From positions 6,197-70,196 of the forward strand of contig JAGVGT010000072.1 of the NCBI GenBank assembly GCA_020056965.1: a DNA stretch of 64,000 bases, in the 5' to 3' direction. A model generated the notes under the pieces. That model was not told where the DNA came from. It did not search any database and saw nothing but the letters and a program-made list of their open reading frames with translations. The stretch is from Deltaproteobacteria bacterium (lineage in GTDB: Bacteria; Desulfobacterota; Desulfobulbia; Desulfobulbales; JAGXFP01). Of this stretch, positions 9,576-18,056 are shown one piece after another. Position 1 is the first letter of the stretch. Every line of letters begins with the position of its first letter. A program made the translations under genes and the position numbers.

Positions 9576-10925
9576 ATGCAGAATAACAAGAACGAAATTT
9601 GGGCATTCCTGGCCTCGGTCAAACTGGCCCTGTTCACATTTTTCGCTTTGGCGATAACCTCAATCATTGGCACGGTTATCGAACAGGGTAAGGATATGGC
9701 TTACTATGTCGAGAGGTTCGGCCCTGGTACCGCCAAGTTTTTTCAGATTCTCAATGTACCGAATATGTATAGTTCTTGGTGGTTCATTTCCATGCTGGTT
9801 CTGTTTAGTTTGAATCTGTTGGTCTGCACCATCGACCGCTTTCCCAATATCTGGCGGTTGGTCAACTTGGATAATCTGGCTCTGGAGCTGGACCGGATTC
9901 TCAAGATGCCAAAGCGGCAGGTCTTTAAGTCGCAATTGTCGGCGGCGGAGTTGCATCAGGAAATCGAGAAGGCTCTGCCCGGTCTGTCCTGGAAATTCGA
10001 ATCGGCGGAGCTGGATGGCGGCAGACTATTTGCGGCCCAAAAAGGCAATTGGACTAGACTCGGGGTGATCATGGTCCATGTCAGCATCCTGGTCATTTTT
10101 GCCGGGGCCATAATCGGCGCCGCCTTCGGGTACAAGGGGTTCGTGATGATCCCTGAGGGTAGGTCGGTCAAGCAGATATACGCCTACGACGCCAATCGCA
10201 CCGAGATACCCTTGGACTTTTCGTTGCGTTGCGATCGCTTCGTGCTGGAGCTTTACGATACCGGTGCACCTAAGGAGTTTTTGTCGGATCTGGTGGTGGT
10301 CAAGGACGGGCAAGAGGTCCTCAAGCAGAGCATTGAGGTCAATGACCCCTTGCATTACGGTGGCCTTACCTTTTATCAATCGAGCTATGAGGCCTACGAC
10401 GAAGTGGTGCTGGAAATAGAGAACGGCACCAGCAAAGCAAAGAAAAAATTTATCGTTGGGATTGGCGAGCAGGTGGTCTGGCCGGAAGAACACCTGACGT
10501 TAGGGGTCGTCAATCGCATGGGCTCGAGAATGGCGGCTTTTGCTCGGGGCCAGGTTTGGCTGAAATCCGGGGAGGCTGAGCCGGTGCAGTTCTGGGTCAA
10601 CAGCGGCCAGTCGGCACTTATCGAGCGCCCTACTGGTAACTACGTGCTTACCTTGCGCCCGCTTTATGCCACCGGTCTGCAGGTTACCAGGGATCCAGGG
10701 GTTTGGTATGTATACATAGGCTGTATGTTGATGTTGGTGGGTCTGTATGTCGCCTTTTTTCTGTCGCATCGGAAGATTTGGCTCTACATCTCCGGAAGTG
10801 GCTCCGGCAGCACTCTGCACGTAGCCGGTGCCAGCAACAAGAACAAGCTCGGTTTTGAAAACGATTTCGCGGCCCTGATAGATAATTTGGAACAGAGCGG
10901 CACCCTGAAACTAACAAAGGAATAA
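9576..10925 (+). CDS. ccsB: Cytochrome c biogenesis protein ResB/CcsB (system II)
   Basis: About 450 aa. ResB-type N-terminal TM 'FLASVKLALFTFFALAITSIIGTVIEQG', a large periplasmic loop and a C-terminal TM. It sits immediately upstream of ccsA. I prefer ATG 9576 over TTG 9570. Confidence 0.88.
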   Translation: MQNNKNEIWAFLASVKLALFTFFALAITSIIGTVIEQGKDMAYYVERFGPGTAKFFQILNVPNMYSSWWFISMLVLFSLNLLVCTIDRFPNIWRLVNLDNLALELDRILKMPKRQVFKSQLSAAELHQEIEKALPGLSWKFESAELDGGRLFAAQKGNWTRLGVIMVHVSILVIFAGAIIGAAFGYKGFVMIPEGRSVKQIYAYDANRTEIPLDFSLRCDRFVLELYDTGAPKEFLSDLVVVKDGQEVLKQSIEVNDPLHYGGLTFYQSSYEAYDEVVLEIENGTSKAKKKFIVGIGEQVVWPEEHLTLGVVNRMGSRMAAFARGQVWLKSGEAEPVQFWVNSGQSALIERPTGNYVLTLRPLYATGLQVTRDPGVWYVYIGCMLMLVGLYVAFFLSHRKIWLYISGSGSGSTLHVAGASNKNKLGFENDFAALIDNLEQSGTLKLTKE

Positions 10926-10928
10926 GCC

Positions 10929-11777
10929 ATGACCAGTTCACTGCTTTTCGGCATTATCACGTTCACGTATCTGGCCGCCTCCTTTCTTTACATCGGCGGG
11001 TTTATTTTTCGTTCTCAGAAGGCGGGGTTGGTGGCATCGGTGCTCACCGGCCTCTCTTTTCTGGTCCAAACCGGTGCCATCGCATTGCGCTGGAAAGAGT
11101 CGTATTCGATGGGGTACGGGCATGCTCCTATGTCTAATATGTATGAGTCGCTGGTCTTTTTCTCTTGGGCGATCGTCATCTTCTACATGTTTATCGAGTA
11201 TAAGTTCAAAAATCGGCTGCTCGGGGCCTTTGCGGTGCCTTTTGCCTTCCTCAGTATGGCTTTGGCCTCCTTGACCGGCGACGAAATCAAGCCGTTGATC
11301 CCAGCCCTGCAGAGCAACTGGCTGATCGCCCACGTCATGACCTGTTTTGTCGGTTATGCTGCCTTTGCCGTGGCCTGCGGCATGGGGATCATGTACTTGA
11401 TCAAATCAACCTACGACGAAAAAGCCGACCGAAAAGGGGCGAGTCTACTGGCCACGCTGCCGCCTTTGAGCGTAATTGACGATATCACCCATAAGACTAT
11501 CGTCTTTGGTTTTCTCTGGTTGTCGGCGGGGATCATTACCGGGGCGATCTGGGCCAATTCCGCCTGGGGGACTTACTGGAGTTGGGACCCCAAGGAAACT
11601 TGGTCGTTGATTACCTGGTTCCTATATGCCGCAGCCCTTCATGCCCGCTTTACCAAGGGCTGGGGGGGGAAAAGGATCGCCTGGTTGGCGATTATCGGTT
11701 TTCTAGCTGTGGTCTTCACTTACTATGGCGTAAATTATCTCCTGTCCGGGCTGCACAGTTACGGATCGAGCGGGTGA
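10929..11777 (+). CDS. ccsA: Cytochrome c-type biogenesis protein CcsA/ResC (heme handling)
   Basis: Polytopic membrane protein with the WWD-type motif 'WANSAWGTYWSWDPKETW'. Confidence 0.9.
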   Translation: MTSSLLFGIITFTYLAASFLYIGGFIFRSQKAGLVASVLTGLSFLVQTGAIALRWKESYSMGYGHAPMSNMYESLVFFSWAIVIFYMFIEYKFKNRLLGAFAVPFAFLSMALASLTGDEIKPLIPALQSNWLIAHVMTCFVGYAAFAVACGMGIMYLIKSTYDEKADRKGASLLATLPPLSVIDDITHKTIVFGFLWLSAGIITGAIWANSAWGTYWSWDPKETWSLITWFLYAAALHARFTKGWGGKRIAWLAIIGFLAVVFTYYGVNYLLSGLHSYGSSG

Positions 11778-11967
11778 TTCGAGCGGTGATTAAGGGTATG
11801 TTGGGTTCCGCCTTCGCCTTGGCTGGTGATAGCGAATAAGAGGGTTTTTCTTTGAATGTTGGGTTTTTTCCTGCTTGACATTGCCGACTTATCCAGAATA
11901 TATGTTTGTCGCTCAGGTTTAATATTAGCTGTAAAATTCAGAATTATTAACCTTAAGGAGATTGGAA

Positions 11968-12330
11968 ATGTTCAAGAAGATTGTTCTTTGCGCAGCAGCG
12001 TTGGCCATGGTCTGTGGAGTAGCGGTAACTAGTGCCTCCGCTGCTGGTCCGGAAACTATTTCCTTCGATACCGCCAAGAAAGGCGGCACCAAGGTGACTT
12101 TCGGCCACAAGGCCCATCAGGCCATGATGGAGTGTAAGGAGTGTCATCACACCAAGGCTGCCGACGGTAAGCAGGGACCTTACGCCGCCGGCAAGGAAGC
12201 CAAGTGCGCCAGCTGCCACGAAGTGGGTAAGCCCAGCGACAACATCCACAAGAACTGCAAGGGTTGTCATCAGGCCGGACTGAACGGCAAGAAAGGCCCG
12301 ACCGGTTGTAACGATTGCCACAAGAAGTAA
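11968..12330 (+). CDS. Periplasmic tetraheme cytochrome c3/c7 family (PpcA-like)
   Basis: AAGGAG RBS at 11955-11960 and a signal peptide. Four CXXCH motifs (CKECH, CASCH, CKGCH, CNDCH). 'VTFGHKAHQ' and 'KKGPTGCNDCHKK' resemble Geobacter PpcA as I recall it. Confidence 0.85.
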   Translation: MFKKIVLCAAALAMVCGVAVTSASAAGPETISFDTAKKGGTKVTFGHKAHQAMMECKECHHTKAADGKQGPYAAGKEAKCASCHEVGKPSDNIHKNCKGCHQAGLNGKKGPTGCNDCHKK

Positions 12331-12356
12331 TTATCCGGACTTTGGTCAGGATTGGG

Positions 12357-12386
12357 AAAGGCTGCCCGAAAGGGCAGCCTTTTTTG
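12357..12386 (+). terminator. Rho-independent terminator
   Basis: 'aaggctgccc gaaa gggcagcctt' followed by a T5 run. Confidence 0.8.
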
Positions 12387-12468
12387 TTGGCGCCTTACGC
12401 CATTCCGCAATCGGGCGTGCGGCCTAATGGTGCTCGGCTTACTTTTTTTCGGCCTGTGGGCGTAAACA

Positions 12469-14511
12469 TTGCAAAAACCACTCGGTAACAATAACAACCA
12501 GGTTTCTTCACCCGGTGTCTGGAGCCACGTCCAGCTGTCTTTCCTGCTCTTGGGGATTGCGGTTGTGGCGACATTTTGTATAGCTTGTCTGATTTATCTT
12601 CTGACCGTTCTTAATCTGCCGAATATCTCCGCCCTCACGTCCTATCAGCCTCCGGAGGCCTCTCTGGTTATCGATTCCAGGGGGCAAGAACTGACCAGAT
12701 TCTATCGGGAAAATCGGCGGGTTATTAAACTTTCTGATATGCCTTCGCTTTTACCCAAGGCCTTCGTGGCCGCTGAGGATGGCAGATTTTACCAGCACGG
12801 CGGGGTGGATGGCTGGTCGGTGCTGCGGGCCGTTTTCAATAACCTCCGTTCTGGGCGGCGTTCCCAGGGAGGCAGCACCATCACCCAACAGGTGGCCCGC
12901 GCCCTTCTGCTGTCGCCGGAAAAAACTTATATCCGCAAACTGCGCGAGGCCGTCCTGGCTTACCGGATTGATCGGCTGCTTACCAAAGATCAGATCCTCC
13001 ACCTCTACCTGAATCAGATTTACCTTGGAGAGGGGGCCTACGGTGTTGAGGCGGCGGCCCGGGCCTATTTCGGTAAGCCGGCCAGGCAGCTTGATCTGGC
13101 CGAAATTAGCTTGCTGGCCGGTTTACCCCAGGCCCCCAGTCGTTATTCGCCCCTAGTCGATTTCAAGAGCGCTAAGACACGTCAGCGCTATGTCCTGAAC
13201 CGCATGGCGGAAGACGGATATGTGACCCCGGAAAAGGCCAGAGTCGCTTATGGGCAGGAGGTCCGCGTACACAGGGAACCTCCGCCCGACCCGAAGGAGG
13301 GGTATTTTTTTGAGGCGGTCCGCCAGTACGCGGAAGAGCGCTATGGTACGGAACGGTTGCTGGCTGGCGGCCTGACCATCCGGGTGACTATGGACCGGGA
13401 GTTACAGGCCGCAGCGGCTTTGGCTGTCGAGCGTGGGATTGCGGCCTGGCGGCAGCGTCATCCCAGGAAGAGCGATTATCCCCAAGGCGCTTTGGTGGCT
13501 CTGGAGGTGAAAAGTGGTCGGATTTTGGCCCTGGTCGGTGGCCGCGATTTTCGGACTAGCCAGTTTAATCGCGCGCTCCAGTCGCGGCGGCAACCGGGAT
13601 CGGTTTTCAAACCCATCATATATGCAGCGGCCTTGCAGGGTTCCTATACCCCGGCCAGCCTGCTCAATGATCAACCAATGGCCTTGCCCGGTGCGGCCGG
13701 GGAAGTCTGGCGACCCAGTAATTATGACGGCAAGTTCATGGGCCCGATTACCCTGCGGACCGGCCTGGTTCATTCCCGCAATATTGTTACCATAAAACTT
13801 TTGCAGGCGGTTGGCATCCGGCCGGTCGTAAAACTGTCTGAAAATCTGGGCATCAGCGCCCCCCTGGCTGAAAATCTTTCGTTGGCCTTGGGGACCTCCG
13901 GTGTGTCGTTGCTGGAAATGACCAGCGCCTACGAGGTCTTTGCCGATGGCGGGACCTATCTGGCACCATCGATGGTCGAGAGCATCAGCGACCGGCAGGG
14001 CCGAATCCTCGAAAAATCGGAGGCCGGTCATTCGCGAAGGGTTTTGCCGGCCAGTACGGCTTATCAGGTGACCAACCTCCTTCAGGGGGTGATCAAAGAG
14101 GGTACCGGCCGTCAGGCGGATGGTCTGGAAGGTGAAAGCGCCGGTAAGACCGGGACCACCGACAACAGCACTGATGCCTGGTTTATCGGCTATACCCCCG
14201 AATTGGTGACCGGGGTCTGGCTGGGCTTTGATCGCGGCGCCCATCTGGGCGAGGATGAAACTGGCGGTCGGGCGGCGGCGCCGGTTTGGTTGGATTTCAT
14301 GCGGGAGGCGATGCGGATTCGGCCGCCGGCGGTTTTGAATTTCCCGGTTCCAGAGGATGTGGTTCTCATGGCAGTGGATCAGGAAGGCGACAATATCAGG
14401 GACGGGGACGATTCCTCGAAGCTGCTTACCGCCTTTGCCCGCGAGCAGGAGCCGCTCCCCGGTAAGTCCGGCCTATTGAAAAACCTGTGGAATAAGCTGT
14501 GGGGGAAATAA
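12469..14511 (+). CDS. mrcA: Penicillin-binding protein 1A (glycosyltransferase + transpeptidase)
   Basis: GT51 motifs 'AAEDGRFYQHGGVD' and 'GGSTITQQ', and the transpeptidase motif 'PGSVFKP'. The start is uncertain (TTG 12469). Confidence 0.9.
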   Translation: MQKPLGNNNNQVSSPGVWSHVQLSFLLLGIAVVATFCIACLIYLLTVLNLPNISALTSYQPPEASLVIDSRGQELTRFYRENRRVIKLSDMPSLLPKAFVAAEDGRFYQHGGVDGWSVLRAVFNNLRSGRRSQGGSTITQQVARALLLSPEKTYIRKLREAVLAYRIDRLLTKDQILHLYLNQIYLGEGAYGVEAAARAYFGKPARQLDLAEISLLAGLPQAPSRYSPLVDFKSAKTRQRYVLNRMAEDGYVTPEKARVAYGQEVRVHREPPPDPKEGYFFEAVRQYAEERYGTERLLAGGLTIRVTMDRELQAAAALAVERGIAAWRQRHPRKSDYPQGALVALEVKSGRILALVGGRDFRTSQFNRALQSRRQPGSVFKPIIYAAALQGSYTPASLLNDQPMALPGAAGEVWRPSNYDGKFMGPITLRTGLVHSRNIVTIKLLQAVGIRPVVKLSENLGISAPLAENLSLALGTSGVSLLEMTSAYEVFADGGTYLAPSMVESISDRQGRILEKSEAGHSRRVLPASTAYQVTNLLQGVIKEGTGRQADGLEGESAGKTGTTDNSTDAWFIGYTPELVTGVWLGFDRGAHLGEDETGGRAAAPVWLDFMREAMRIRPPAVLNFPVPEDVVLMAVDQEGDNIRDGDDSSKLLTAFAREQEPLPGKSGLLKNLWNKLWGK

Positions 14512-14538
14512 AAAAGCCTGCCGGGATCGTGGCAGGCT
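14509..14538 (-). terminator. Rho-independent terminator for the CBS/ACT gene
   Basis: Stem 'agcctgcc'/'ggcaggct'. The A-run on the + strand gives a U-run on the minus strand. Confidence 0.6.
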
Positions 14539-14561
14539 TGGTCAGTTATCGCGGTACCCGT

Positions 14562-15245
14562 TCAGCGAATTCTTTTGGGCAGGGCCGATAAGTTGTCGCG
14601 ACCGGAATAGATGATACTGAAATGCTGGCTGAGCAGGGCGGTAAGCTCTTTTTCGCGGGCGTCTTCCAGGGGGGCGATGCGAATGGCCACCCGCTTCATC
14701 TTTTCGGTGGCGTCTTCGAAGGAGGTCAGGATGCTGATGATTCGGGCCTGCTGATCTTTCAGGACGGTGGTCACCTTGGTAACTGAGCCCGGTTCGTCGG
14801 GCAGGTCGAAGACATACTGGATGGCGTTGTCCTTGATCCCGGTCATGTGAATGAAGCCGCGCAGGACGTCGGTCTCACTGAGCAGACCGATAAGCAGGCC
14901 GGCATCGTCGACCACCGGCAGGCCGGAGATCTTGGAATTGAGCATGACAATGGCCGCCTTTTCCAGGGTGTCGCGACCAGAGAGGGTTAAAGGTGAGGAG
15001 GTCATGACATCCTTGACCTTCATCTCCGAGAGCAGGTAGTAGAGCTCGTGGATGTCCAGAGAGGTGGTTTTGGACGGCGAGGCGTCCTTGACGTCCCGGT
15101 CGGTGATGATCCCGATCAGCTTGCCGTGGGAAACCACCGGCAGCCGCCGGATATTGCTCTCCTTCATGATCCGGGTAGCCCGCATCAGCGAGGTGTTCTC
15201 GTCAACTGTCATGACATCTTTCGCCATCCAGTCTTGAATTAGCAT
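14562..15245 (-). CDS. CBS-pair plus ACT-like domain protein (AcuB-like)
   Basis: Two CBS motifs ('RRLPVV..GKLIGIITDRDV', 'SGLPVVDDAGLLIGLLSETDV') and a C-terminal ACT-like segment. Confidence 0.8.
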   Translation of the reverse strand: MLIQDWMAKDVMTVDENTSLMRATRIMKESNIRRLPVVSHGKLIGIITDRDVKDASPSKTTSLDIHELYYLLSEMKVKDVMTSSPLTLSGRDTLEKAAIVMLNSKISGLPVVDDAGLLIGLLSETDVLRGFIHMTGIKDNAIQYVFDLPDEPGSVTKVTTVLKDQQARIISILTSFEDATEKMKRVAIRIAPLEDAREKELTALLSQHFSIIYSGRDNLSALPKRIR

Positions 15246-15595
15246 CTTTGCCCTCCCGGGGGTCTGGTCTTTCTTGCGACCTGTTGTCGCGATGGTTTAA
15301 ATGTGACTTGATGATATTACCGAAGATTTATAAAATATTCGCCTTTTTCTGGCAAGGAGTTGTGCCGTCCTGGTGATAAAAAATGGTTGGTGCACCCGAC
15401 CTGGGTCGCGTCGGCCAAGCTGGCGTCTGCCACTGTCATGCCCGGACAGTGGCATCTGTGCCATGGTAGAGGCGGTCCCGGCATCAAGGCCTTGCTAATC
15501 CGCTCCTTAAGCGTTAAAGGGTTACTCCTTTTGTTGTCGGTCAGTTGGCTGGCCGGTGCGTATTTCCTTGCTGCCCCTCTTAATCGCGATGTGTA

Positions 15596-17509
15596 ATGGA
15601 TCCTTTTTCTCCGATACCTGATGAGCTTCTGGAAGGGTTGCTGTGCTACCTGGATGGGGCTGACGACTTCGTGTTTCTGGAGACCACCAGAGGCAGCCGG
15701 GAGAACCATCTGACCTATCTTTTCCTGGAACCGGAGGCGCGTTTGCAGTGCCGGGTTGGTGACGATCCGGTCCGTTATCTGGAGGGGCTCCAGGCGTATC
15801 TCGACCAGGGTTGGTATCTGGCGGGCTGGCTGGCCTATGAATTCGCCTATGGTCTGGAGCCGGTACTGTCCGGTCTGGCGAGGGCTGGAGGGCAGCCGGT
15901 GGTGGCCGACTTTGGGGTGTATGGGGCTCCTCTGCTTTATGATCACCTCACCGGTTGCTTTAGCGGGGGGGCGGGCTGGCCAGCGCCTGCGGCGCCGGCT
16001 GCCATTGCTCCGGGTTATCGGATCGACAATCTCAGGTTTAGTGAGGAGCGCGAGGAATACCTGGGCAAGGTGGCACGCATCAAAGGGTATATTGCCGCCG
16101 GTGATACCTACCAGGTCAATTACACTCTGAAACTGCTGTTTGATTTTGCCGGTGACGCTGGGGCGCTCTACAAGACTTTACGGCGCAATCAGAGTGTCGC
16201 TTATGGCGCCTTTCTGAAGAGTGGCGGGCAACGAATCCTCTCCTTCTCGCCGGAGTTGTTCTTCCGTAAGCAAGGGCGCGAGTGTCTGGTCCGGCCCATG
16301 AAGGGCACCGGTCGGCGGGAGACCTCCCTGGATGAAGACCTGCGGGCGGGGAGTCGGTTGGCCAGTGACCCCAAAAACCGCAGTGAAAATGTGATGATTG
16401 TCGATCTGTTGCGCAATGATCTGGGGCGGATCTGCGAGGCGGGTACAGTCGAGACGACCTCGCTCTTCGACGTTGAAACTTACGAAACCTTGCATCAGTT
16501 AACCTCGACCATTCGGGGCTGCCTGCGGCCGGAAGTCTCCCTGGCCCGGCTCTTTCAGGCCCTCTTTCCCTGCGGTTCGGTGACCGGCGCCCCCAAGATC
16601 AGGACCATGGAGATTATCCGAGAACTAGAGGGCGGTGACCGGGGAGTCTATACCGGGGCCATCGGGTTCATCGGTCCCGACGGGAGTGGGGCCTTTAACG
16701 TGCCGATTCGCACCGTGGTCTTGGATGGAGCTAGCGGTGAGATGGGGATCGGCTCGGGTATTGTTAATGACTCCGACGCCGAATCAGAGTGGCTGGAATG
16801 TCGTCTGAAGTCCAAGTTTTTGCATGAGCCGGCGGAGGATTTTCAGTTGATCGAGACCCTGCTCTGGCAGCCGGGCCAAGGTCTTTTTCTGTTGGATCTC
16901 CACCTCGACCGGTTGCGGAAATCGGCAAGCTACTGGGGCTTCCCATTCCAACCGGAAATGCTCCGCCGGCAACTGGCCGAAGCGGTGGGGGACTCTAGTA
17001 AACCTCTGAGGATGCGTCTGCTTCTACACAAGGACGGCCGGGTGACAGTCAGCATCGCGAACTGTGAACCGCCGCAATCGCTGGTGGCGGCAATCGAGCC
17101 TGGAGGGGATAGCCTACCCCTGGTGACGCTGGCTAAGGTTGCCACCGACCCGGATGATCCGTTTCTCTACCACAAGACCACTCGACGGCAGGTTTATGAT
17201 CGGGAACGGCAATGGGCCGCAGAGAAAGGTTGTTTCGAGGTGTTGTTCGTCAACAGTCGGGGGGAGTTGACTGAGGGCAGCTTTACTAACCTATTTGTTC
17301 GGCGTGGCCGCGAATTGCTGACTCCGCCGCTTACCGGCGGGCTGCTGGACGGGGTATTGCGGCGAGCCTTGCTGGCGGGAGTGATTCCCTTGCCACCTGG
17401 GCTGACCATTCGCGAAACAATCCTCCGGCCGGCCGACCTTGAGACGGCCGAAGCTATTCTGGTCGGTAACTCGGTGCGGGGGCTACGGCGGGTCGCCCTG
17501 CTCCGCTAG
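15596..17509 (+). CDS. pabB: Aminodeoxychorismate synthase component I fused to aminodeoxychorismate lyase (PabB-PabC)
   Basis: The N-terminal two-thirds is chorismate-binding ('GDTYQVNYT', 'PCGSVTGAPK', 'RGVYTGAIGF'). The C-terminal ~200 aa is class IV aminotransferase-like ('FLYHKTTRR', 'LFVNSRGELTEGS'). Confidence 0.88.
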   Translation: MDPFSPIPDELLEGLLCYLDGADDFVFLETTRGSRENHLTYLFLEPEARLQCRVGDDPVRYLEGLQAYLDQGWYLAGWLAYEFAYGLEPVLSGLARAGGQPVVADFGVYGAPLLYDHLTGCFSGGAGWPAPAAPAAIAPGYRIDNLRFSEEREEYLGKVARIKGYIAAGDTYQVNYTLKLLFDFAGDAGALYKTLRRNQSVAYGAFLKSGGQRILSFSPELFFRKQGRECLVRPMKGTGRRETSLDEDLRAGSRLASDPKNRSENVMIVDLLRNDLGRICEAGTVETTSLFDVETYETLHQLTSTIRGCLRPEVSLARLFQALFPCGSVTGAPKIRTMEIIRELEGGDRGVYTGAIGFIGPDGSGAFNVPIRTVVLDGASGEMGIGSGIVNDSDAESEWLECRLKSKFLHEPAEDFQLIETLLWQPGQGLFLLDLHLDRLRKSASYWGFPFQPEMLRRQLAEAVGDSSKPLRMRLLLHKDGRVTVSIANCEPPQSLVAAIEPGGDSLPLVTLAKVATDPDDPFLYHKTTRRQVYDRERQWAAEKGCFEVLFVNSRGELTEGSFTNLFVRRGRELLTPPLTGGLLDGVLRRALLAGVIPLPPGLTIRETILRPADLETAEAILVGNSVRGLRRVALLR

Positions 17510-17589
17510 CGGGAGCAGGGGCGTTGGACCGAGGCAGGCCTAAGAGGCCGTAAGGTATTAATCGAAAATGTAGCAGTTTGTAACGGGTC

Positions 17590-18039
17590 CTAATGAAAAA
17601 TTGCCCGGATAATGTCGGATTTGCCGATGACGCCAACCAGACGTCCCGCACTGGTTACCGGCAGGGTATGAACCTTGCGATCGGCCATGATTGAGGCCAG
17701 CTCCTCAAGCGTGGTGTCCTCGTTAACCGTCACCGGGTTGCGCGAGAAGATGTCCTCGACCTTGGTGCCGGTCATCTTCTTGATCTCCTGATCGAGCTTG
17801 GCCGGGCTTTCCAGAAAGATCATGCTGTCGAGAATCGACAGCACCGTCGGGATGTGCACTTTCTTATTCTGGTCAATCAGGTCGCTCTCCGTCACCACCC
17901 CGAGCAACTGCCCCTGGGCATCGACCACCGGGGCGCCGCCGATTTTGTTCTCCCAGAGCAGACTGGCTAGTTCTTCCACCCCCATCTCTGGGGTTACCGT
18001 GATGATCTTCTTGGTCATTATTTCGCCGGCAGTAAGCAT
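17590..18039 (-). CDS. CBS domain pair protein
   Basis: Start at ATG 18039 ('MLTAGEIMTKKIITV') with a GGAGAA RBS. Two CBS motifs. The N-terminal extension in the ORF track overlaps nnr and I reject it. Confidence 0.8.
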   Translation of the reverse strand: MLTAGEIMTKKIITVTPEMGVEELASLLWENKIGGAPVVDAQGQLLGVVTESDLIDQNKKVHIPTVLSILDSMIFLESPAKLDQEIKKMTGTKVEDIFSRNPVTVNEDTTLEELASIMADRKVHTLPVTSAGRLVGVIGKSDIIRAIFH

Positions 18040-18056
18040 GAATTTCTCCTTGTGGT

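Noticed and set aside
15360-15596. A 78-aa ORF ending in a TAATG overlap with the pabB start.
   Set aside because: Its TTG start directly abuts the putative RBS with no spacer. The sequence is low-complexity, so it is more likely untranslated leader.
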